A stretch of 64,000 nucleotides of DNA from a virus (Duplodnaviria > Heunggongvirae > Uroviricota > Caudoviricetes). The stretch covers positions 258,948-322,947 of IMG/VR virus record IMGVR_UViG_3300021979_000001. One strand, 5' to 3'. Under the pieces are notes generated by a model. The model had not been told where the DNA came from. It searched no databases and saw only the letters and a list, made by a program, of their open reading frames with translations. Of this stretch, positions 57,190 to 64,000 are shown piece by piece. Position 1 is the stretch's first letter. Each line of letters starts with the position of its first letter. The position numbers and the translations under genes were made by a program.

Positions 57190-58176
57190 TTAATCTTCCA
57201 ACAAAAAATGAGAAAATTTCACATTAAACATCACGGAATCTTCAATGGTTTTAAATAACATATAACCATGTATATGAGAAATCTTAACAAAAATAATGTC
57301 GTGGTTGCTTAATTGCTTTATATTATCACTGTCAATCATTGAATAATATTCAACCAGGTGCAAGCTGGTATCATTGAGTGTAATACCGTTTACTATAATA
57401 TTATTATGTTCGATGATATGTTGTGTTATTTTAGCAAAACATGAAACCGACATATCTAATTTATAAGGATAACAACTAATCAAGTTGTTAATATGATTCG
57501 GGTCATTTTCCAGAATATTGACAATATTTTTTTTATGATAGTCGTTTTCTAAATATAGTCTATAACCAGTATCAATAATAAAGGTATGGTTGTTTAATAG
57601 ATAATTTTTAATATTAGTGTTGCTTCTAATCCCCAGGGTAGAAAGGCATGTGTCATTATTGACATAATGTAGATGTGCAGTAATATCATCACAGGTGATA
57701 AATTTATACGATGGGTTTAATACATCATAATAAATTGGGTGAGTAGTATGGGTATCCCAGCTAATATTTGATACAAAATCAACGTTATTTCCGCCGCCAT
57801 GTTCCGCAGTTGTATGAATATAAAGATCAGGTATAGTGCGACGGGCAATAGTCCGCATTATATCCATATTGTTAAAAAAATTTGATTTTGTAGACGGGTG
57901 GGTTCTACTCAATAATATATGATTTAAATCGGGTATCGTATATTGAGATGGTATATAAATACCCATATTATGCAAATATATTATATCTAATGGGTAAATT
58001 ATATTTGAAATATTAATGAGGCTATAATCAAACCTGGTATTAGGGGTTCTACCAATGGTTAATCCAACCCTATTTTGTTCGGAAACAACCGCGTCGATAA
58101 TTACGGTTGCTGGATAATTCGATTTGCATACCGTGTGAACTCCGAAATTGTTAACATGAAGTTCATATTCGGTCAT
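57190..58176 (-). CDS. paralog-family protein B
   Basis: SNIIYP, LYLENDYHKKNI.N.L, YPYKLD, C-terminal LFKTIEDSVMF. Confidence 0.7.
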   Translation of the reverse strand: MTEYELHVNNFGVHTVCKSNYPATVIIDAVVSEQNRVGLTIGRTPNTRFDYSLINISNIIYPLDIIYLHNMGIYIPSQYTIPDLNHILLSRTHPSTKSNFFNNMDIMRTIARRTIPDLYIHTTAEHGGGNNVDFVSNISWDTHTTHPIYYDVLNPSYKFITCDDITAHLHYVNNDTCLSTLGIRSNTNIKNYLLNNHTFIIDTGYRLYLENDYHKKNIVNILENDPNHINNLISCYPYKLDMSVSCFAKITQHIIEHNNIIVNGITLNDTSLHLVEYYSMIDSDNIKQLSNHDIIFVKISHIHGYMLFKTIEDSVMFNVKFSHFLLED

Positions 58177-58252
58177 GCCTGTATCCTTTGGTATAGATAT
58201 TCAACATCAAAATCGGGTAGGCCAATTTAATGCCCACCCGTTTCCGATACCA

Positions 58253-59134
58253 TCATTTTTTATATTTTGCAATGATTCCCTGTAATTCGGTAATCATGTC
58301 GTCAACATCAACATTTTTAGCTACTGCCTGGCTGATCGTTCCATAATGGCTCTCGATGCATTCTAACAACAATGCTTTTATGTTTGCTTCATTCGGACGA
58401 TGCTGCAATGTAGATGTTTCATATAGTCTTGCTAAGTGTTTTTCTTTTTCGGTAAACCAGTCTTTAAGACGGGCCAGTTCCCATTCACCACGACGAATAC
58501 TCTTAAGAATTTCACGACCTTTTTCGATGTCCAGGTCATGTGTTTCAAGAATTTGTTCACATTCTTGCGCCAGACGAACAACATGATATGCAAACTTTAC
58601 ATCATATCCGTATTTCTCGATGCTTTCGGCTCGTTTCGGATTTGAGGAATTAGTTTTGTTTTCGATCTTTGACATCTGGGAATACGCATATCCACTGAAC
58701 TTGTGAAAGGCCCCTTTATGCAGAAACATCTTGCGGTTTTCCCGCAAACGTTCAGATATGGCCGTGCTATGCAGAACCGCACGTCGTGGGGTAAACAAGC
58801 TGTCAATCATATTGGGGTTATTGTCCATGCACAGTTGGAAATAACGCACAATGGAATATACCGAAAAGTCGTATGTTTTATTCTTGCCATTCGGGTCTTT
58901 GATGTGGTGTTGTTGCCATTGACCAAATGTGGGGGTTTGGGTGGCAAACCCCGGTATCTCCCCGGCTGTATGCGGGAACAAAATTGATTTGGGCGGCATG
59001 CAAAACCCATAAATATCGATGTCACTATTATCGTTGGAAACACCGTATGCCACTGATCCCATCATGGTGAGATATAATACGTTGTCATGCAACCAAGAGG
59101 GTGCATTACTGGAAGAAATTATGTTTAAAACCAT
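58253..59134 (-). CDS. DNA pol-beta-superfamily nucleotidyltransferase (RlaP/YcgL-like)
   Basis: GSVAYG.....SDID..G (hG[GS]...DxD), NPN..D.LF, GYA..Q, YD.K.A.H..RL, L..IR.G. Confidence 0.85.
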   Translation of the reverse strand: MVLNIISSSNAPSWLHDNVLYLTMMGSVAYGVSNDNSDIDIYGFCMPPKSILFPHTAGEIPGFATQTPTFGQWQQHHIKDPNGKNKTYDFSVYSIVRYFQLCMDNNPNMIDSLFTPRRAVLHSTAISERLRENRKMFLHKGAFHKFSGYAYSQMSKIENKTNSSNPKRAESIEKYGYDVKFAYHVVRLAQECEQILETHDLDIEKGREILKSIRRGEWELARLKDWFTEKEKHLARLYETSTLQHRPNEANIKALLLECIESHYGTISQAVAKNVDVDDMITELQGIIAKYKK

Positions 59135-59322
59135 TAGTAACCTCTGGTCTGAACAAGGGTTGATACCCCTGGTTGATTGGATATTGTTGCCATTGCCTTG
59201 CTGATTTTTTCATAATCAGCAGCAGAAACGGTGCCGAAATCCATTTCGAAATATGCTTTGCTGTTTGGTGCATTTTTTTCAAAATGATCGATAATTTTAC
59301 GCATGTCATCGTAAGAAATCAT
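59134..59322 (-). CDS. hypothetical protein
   Basis: 62 aa, coupled (TAATG) to the nucleotidyltransferase. Confidence 0.5.
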   Translation of the reverse strand: MISYDDMRKIIDHFEKNAPNSKAYFEMDFGTVSAADYEKISKAMATISNQPGVSTLVQTRGY

Positions 59323-59473
59323 GAGTTGGGTGCCTTATCCGTAAACTATTGTGATACGAAAATTATCATACACATGGAGGGAGTGCAATATTTTTGTTCC
59401 ATGGTGTCAATCACGTCTAATATTATTGTTTACACTGCACAAATTGCTGGTATATACTTGATCAAATGTATGG

Positions 59474-60265
59474 TTGATAGCGGGTAGATTGATCGCAATG
59501 GCAAGTAGTTTCAATGACAACATAATCCAACGTAGATTGCTGAAAAAATATTTTAGTGATTTTGGGATCACATTGAGTCGTGACAGACCACTCGATAACA
59601 TCATGATCAAAATGATTAGTGCGGTCTACGCTGATAAAATGAAAACATTTCCATTTGACGTTGATATATACGAAAGTAAAAATTATGATATGCAATCGGA
59701 TGACATCGATCTGTTGCTGAAATGGGTCCAGTCGGATGATTTGAGTTTGCCTAATGGTAAGGTGAAACTTAACGAAGTTTGTATGACAAACTGGGAATGT
59801 AATATTAAGTTATTTAATGCCACCGTTAATGATATACCAAGCATGGTTTATAATGCGGTGGTTAGTTCGGTATATTTTCACGTAAATTATTCGTTAACTC
59901 ATTATATTCAAAAATACGTTATTAATAATAATTTGAAGGCATTAGTAACAAATAGAATAGTATATTGTGATTCTAACAATGCACTTGATCATTTTTGTAT
60001 TAAAGCAAAAGAAACCCATATAATAATAGATGATGTTCCGCATTATACTATCATAATAAAAGATAGGTCGTTGCATAGTTCATATCAACTATATGAAATG
60101 TTATATGATGCAAATTTAACATTTATATCTGCAAATTATTTGGATAATATCGGGTATGAATGTTATGATTTTTTGTCAGATCGATATGATGTCTACATCG
60201 CCGGTGACAGATTATTTTGTAGAACAGAAACGAATGCAGTAATATGCAAACTCCTTTTTGGATAA
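59474..60265 (+). CDS. paralog-family protein C
   Basis: TFPFD, LLLKW, C-terminal LFCRTETNAVICKL; start uncertain. Confidence 0.65.
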   Translation: MIAGRLIAMASSFNDNIIQRRLLKKYFSDFGITLSRDRPLDNIMIKMISAVYADKMKTFPFDVDIYESKNYDMQSDDIDLLLKWVQSDDLSLPNGKVKLNEVCMTNWECNIKLFNATVNDIPSMVYNAVVSSVYFHVNYSLTHYIQKYVINNNLKALVTNRIVYCDSNNALDHFCIKAKETHIIIDDVPHYTIIIKDRSLHSSYQLYEMLYDANLTFISANYLDNIGYECYDFLSDRYDVYIAGDRLFCRTETNAVICKLLFG

Positions 60266-60277
60266 TAGGCAACATAT

Positions 60278-61285
60278 ATGGATATAATACACACCGAAAC
60301 AGTAGTCGATGGAAAACTTTTTAAAATAGACATACAAACTTATTCATCGAGTAAGAAGTATACGCGGGATATATTATCATTTGAAAAAATTGAGAGAACA
60401 TTATTTAATCAATATTACAAGAATAGTTTGTTATTTCATATATTTTATGAAAATGATCATACTTCATCGATTGTTTCTAACGATAACATAATATATCCTT
60501 GTATGATTAGTTTAAACAATCGACATCATATGTTTGACAATTCAACGTTTCCGCTTAAGTTTGATGATTTTCGTCCTGATATTGGGTATAAATTGTTACC
60601 AGAACATATCGCATATTTGCGAATATGGGCTGTGTTAAAAAATGATATGGATAATGATTGGCAATTTGTTGATCCATTACAAACCCCTATGGAACAGGTA
60701 ACAATAACCGAGTATGTTCCCGAATGTGGTTTGCTTAATATGTCCGATAATTATCGCCTGGCGGGCGACTGGTTTAATGATGAAGTTCTTAATTCTGTTA
60801 TCAAATTGCCGAATACATTAATAATGGGAAGTGCGATAAACGATGACAAAAACATATTTTTTATGGCAATTGATAAGTTTGCCAGGAAGAATAAAATTAA
60901 AATTATTCATCATGACCATCAATTTATTCTTAATAATAATAGCGAAAAAGATTTAATAACAATTATTACCAGACAGTGGAAATCAATAGAGAGAATAGAA
61001 AAGAAATTATCCAAACAATCATGGTGTTTTTCACGGAAAAATATTAAAATAAAGGATATAAAAGATAAGTTGAACGTTTTAAATGAGGTGAACATTAATT
61101 ATTATTATTTGGCATATGAATCGAATACATATGCACATATGATATTTGGTTATTATCCAGTAATATCTGAAAAGATTAAAAATGCTGATATTGTGTTGTT
61201 TGATAACGGGAACAGTGTTAACATTCGAATTCGCGATGCCGAAACGGCAGTAATGATAAAATTAACCATGCAGGAAATATTATGA
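60278..61285 (+). CDS. paralog-family protein D
   Basis: DNIIYP...FPLK, IDKFARKN, C-terminal IRDAETAVMIKL. Confidence 0.7.
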   Translation: MDIIHTETVVDGKLFKIDIQTYSSSKKYTRDILSFEKIERTLFNQYYKNSLLFHIFYENDHTSSIVSNDNIIYPCMISLNNRHHMFDNSTFPLKFDDFRPDIGYKLLPEHIAYLRIWAVLKNDMDNDWQFVDPLQTPMEQVTITEYVPECGLLNMSDNYRLAGDWFNDEVLNSVIKLPNTLIMGSAINDDKNIFFMAIDKFARKNKIKIIHHDHQFILNNNSEKDLITIITRQWKSIERIEKKLSKQSWCFSRKNIKIKDIKDKLNVLNEVNINYYYLAYESNTYAHMIFGYYPVISEKIKNADIVLFDNGNSVNIRIRDAETAVMIKLTMQEIL

Positions 61286-62247
61286 CCTATAACCCCAATG
61301 AATTTGTCTTTTTTTTAGATGATACGTATTTTTACGCCGTTATTGTTGATAAAAATGCTGTCATTCTACCACCAAGTATTGATGTGGATCAAAATATTAA
61401 AATGACGAAAGATCATGGTATCGCTGGTCTTCCTTATTATACTGAAAATGCTATATATTTTAAAGATACGGACTGCTACAATAAGAGTTTAATGACGCCG
61501 GTTAACATTATGCGGTTTAAAGCAGATTTTACACGCATACATGACTTTCCGATAAAGTTATTAGATGATGCTGGTGTCAGTTACGATGTATCAGAAGTAA
61601 CAAAAAATGCAATATTTATATGGGTATATCTGTATAATAAACTTACGGAAAATAACACAGTAAAAATATTTTATAAATCAGACGATGGGACAGGAGAAAC
61701 ATATAAACCGGTTATGTCCAGTTTAACCATGGTTAAACGCGATACTAAAATCAAAAATGGTCTATATGAGATTTTACGTTATAATCATTTTGCATTTACT
61801 ATGCCTTATACTAGATCATATGAAAAACGAGAGATATATAATAATTTGCCAGTAACACCGTATAAAATTAATATTACTGATTACTTAGCCGAACCAGTAG
61901 ATGCGCAAAAATCAACATTTGATTATGGACCTAAAAGTAAATTAATGACCGATCAAATGTTTCAGAGCATGGATGAATTTGCCAAGAAAAATGATACAAG
62001 CATTTTCATATATGAAACTGGTGATATTTATTTGGAAAAATCATTATTTTCTGATTTCAAAATGGATATACTTGACAAGTTGTGTGATGTTGAAGATTTA
62101 TCCAATAAAAAAACATGTTATGAAATAAAACATCAAGTAAACAAAACTAAAACTCTAACTAATAGTTTTCCGAAAAAGGTTTTTCTTATAAAGAATGGTA
62201 TCTTAAAAATGGCAAAGTTTGTTCAAGATATTTTCAGAAATATTTAA
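61282..62247 (+). CDS. paralog-family protein E (possibly frameshifted near its 3' end)
   Basis: FPIK, AIFIW, MDEFAKKN...IYLEK; -1 frame open from 62166 to 62318. Confidence 0.65.
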   Translation: MTYNPNEFVFFLDDTYFYAVIVDKNAVILPPSIDVDQNIKMTKDHGIAGLPYYTENAIYFKDTDCYNKSLMTPVNIMRFKADFTRIHDFPIKLLDDAGVSYDVSEVTKNAIFIWVYLYNKLTENNTVKIFYKSDDGTGETYKPVMSSLTMVKRDTKIKNGLYEILRYNHFAFTMPYTRSYEKREIYNNLPVTPYKINITDYLAEPVDAQKSTFDYGPKSKLMTDQMFQSMDEFAKKNDTSIFIYETGDIYLEKSLFSDFKMDILDKLCDVEDLSNKKTCYEIKHQVNKTKTLTNSFPKKVFLIKNGILKMAKFVQDIFRNI

Positions 62248-62317
62248 ACACATATGATACCGTTAATATTGTAACGAACTGCAATATTAGTTTAATTAGT
62301 TATACCGGAGTTATTTG

Positions 62318-63388
62318 ATGTTTGACATGGTAACAACAACGTTTCGAGTGTTGATGCAACCGATAAACAAAAAAATTTACGTTGATGTCAAACATACTAA
62401 TATTGATTTTCCGAAAAGTTTATATAATTATTTGAATCAAATAATAATTGATACAACAAAGTATGGAGATATTTTAAATGATGTAATGTATGATCGATAT
62501 GACGAATATTATACCTTAACTCCATTGAAAATTGCTGAATTTCGGCAGCACCCTGGAATACACAAATTTCCAATTGACATCACGAATGAACCAGATGCTT
62601 TTTCTGGTTCATTCAAATCGACTTATGGGTATGAAATATCTGTTAAACAAGCGGCAACTATTATTATATGGAATTTGTTTACCAAGCATATGAAACATTT
62701 TCATTTTGAGTTCATGGATCATACCGCAACTGCTATGAAACAAGTTCATTTTTTTAGACCTGAATGCACAACGAGGTGTTTCTGGGTTCGCAATAGTATG
62801 AAAGAAGCCGCAGGAAATTTTTATTATCCTAAAAATGCGGTCAAAATAAATGCCCAAGATTACGGATGTAATGTATCATTCCGTAATTTCAATGTTTTAG
62901 GTGCTAATAATATAACATTAAACCAGTCGAATGATGTCAGTGATGAACTTAATCAACTATGTGTTGATTTAAATACCCAGATCGTCATAGCAGATGGGTA
63001 TATTCACATGGAAAAGAAATATAAACGGAAAATAATGAACTTAATCAATAATAAATGGATTAAAATTAATGATTTGATAAAACATAATATTCATAACGTC
63101 AATATCAAAGTAACGTATGAAAAATACGATGACGTGTTATCCAAATATGAGGATGTATGGAATGATGGCGATATTGTCAACACACAATTAATACATATTG
63201 ATTATTTAAGTTCACAGAACAAACTAAATCGCATTAATGTGGATTTCATCAAAGCCGTCTTACGTCAGGATAATGATGTGTTGATTTTGGTATACACAAC
63301 ATATTACAATCACAGTTGGAGAAAAAATATTCATTTGTTTTCAAAGAATGAATCCATAATTACTCTTTTAAAAATGAGGCTATTATGA
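62318..63388 (+). CDS. paralog-family protein F
   Basis: KFPID, YGYEISVKQAATIIIW, YIHMEK, C-terminal LFSKNESIITLLKM. Confidence 0.7.
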   Translation: MFDMVTTTFRVLMQPINKKIYVDVKHTNIDFPKSLYNYLNQIIIDTTKYGDILNDVMYDRYDEYYTLTPLKIAEFRQHPGIHKFPIDITNEPDAFSGSFKSTYGYEISVKQAATIIIWNLFTKHMKHFHFEFMDHTATAMKQVHFFRPECTTRCFWVRNSMKEAAGNFYYPKNAVKINAQDYGCNVSFRNFNVLGANNITLNQSNDVSDELNQLCVDLNTQIVIADGYIHMEKKYKRKIMNLINNKWIKINDLIKHNIHNVNIKVTYEKYDDVLSKYEDVWNDGDIVNTQLIHIDYLSSQNKLNRINVDFIKAVLRQDNDVLILVYTTYYNHSWRKNIHLFSKNESIITLLKMRLL

Positions 63389-64000
63389 CTAACATGATCG
63401 AATCCCGTATTTTGGTGTCTCTTGATTGTGGTTGGGAACAATATGTCAATGTAAAACATGAACCAATGCAGTTCGATGATGCTTGTTATGATCATTATGG
63501 TCGTTTATCCATTCATTATCTAATTTATGACGAAATCCTGTTGGGGGTTAAATATGACCATTTCGGGGAATGTTATAAAATAACCCCGTATGACGCCATT
63601 AATTTAAAATTGCATCGTGGTAAGTTTCCGTTTCAAATCGATATGGAAACCGATACTTGTCATTACGGTTATAGTATAAGTTGTAACCAGGCCGCAATTA
63701 TTATGGTATGGGATATGTTTGTTCGATATTATAGTGATATTGAATTTCATATAGTCCATGATGTAACGGAACCAATTCGCAGTCACAAATATGTCAAACC
63801 AACCACCATCCCAGGTTGCTATTGGGTTAATAATCATTTTGGCAAGATTGATGGTGGTTTTCATTATCCAAAAAATCCGACCATCATAAACGGGTCAGAT
63901 TATGGATGTTCTATAACATTCGGTATTTGGGAACAAGATGGCCGAAACAATATAACACTTAATAAAAAAAACGAAATCCACGGCCAATTAAATGACCTGG
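63385..64000 (+). CDS. paralog-family protein G, runs off the window end
   Basis: Open from ATG 63385; YGYSISCNQAAIIMVW, FHYPKNP.IING.DYGC, NNITLN closely match protein F. Confidence 0.7.
   Translation, partial: MTNMIESRILVSLDCGWEQYVNVKHEPMQFDDACYDHYGRLSIHYLIYDEILLGVKYDHFGECYKITPYDAINLKLHRGKFPFQIDMETDTCHYGYSISCNQAAIIMVWDMFVRYYSDIEFHIVHDVTEPIRSHKYVKPTTIPGCYWVNNHFGKIDGGFHYPKNPTIINGSDYGCSITFGIWEQDGRNNITLNKKNEIHGQLNDL

Overview
A 64-kb segment of a large AT-rich dsDNA tailed (jumbo-type, myovirus-like) phage genome read in the standard genetic code. All product calls come from motif recognition, with no database search. (1) 1-13265: baseplate/tail module with a 3389-aa giant structural protein and tail-fibre-like genes. 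(2) 13348-24777: a co-directional, tightly coupled enzyme cluster of three DxD glycosyltransferase-like proteins, three N-terminal-Twitch radical SAM enzymes, an SGNH-fold protein, an unannotated 33-aa ORF ending KKRDPFIY, and a NodU/CmcH/TobZ-type carbamoyltransferase. (3) 26356-30516: an ADP-ribose/NAD module (2H phosphoesterase, macrodomain, NadM-Nudix, NAMPT). (4) An accessory region with three tRNAs, an HNH nuclease, a ygiB/ygiC-like pair, a fourth radical SAM, a DUF262-like protein and a nucleotidyltransferase. It also holds scattered genes behind T4-late-like (T/C/G/A)ATAAATA promoters whose products start with capsid-targeting-like peptides and carry ADP-ribosyltransferase-, metallopeptidase- or Cys-protease-like domains. 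(5) A ~1-kb, highly structured region without a credible gene (46420-47415), a candidate large ncRNA and/or replication origin. (6) An expanded AT-rich paralog family at 56080-64000. No CRISPR array, rRNA or transposon was seen.
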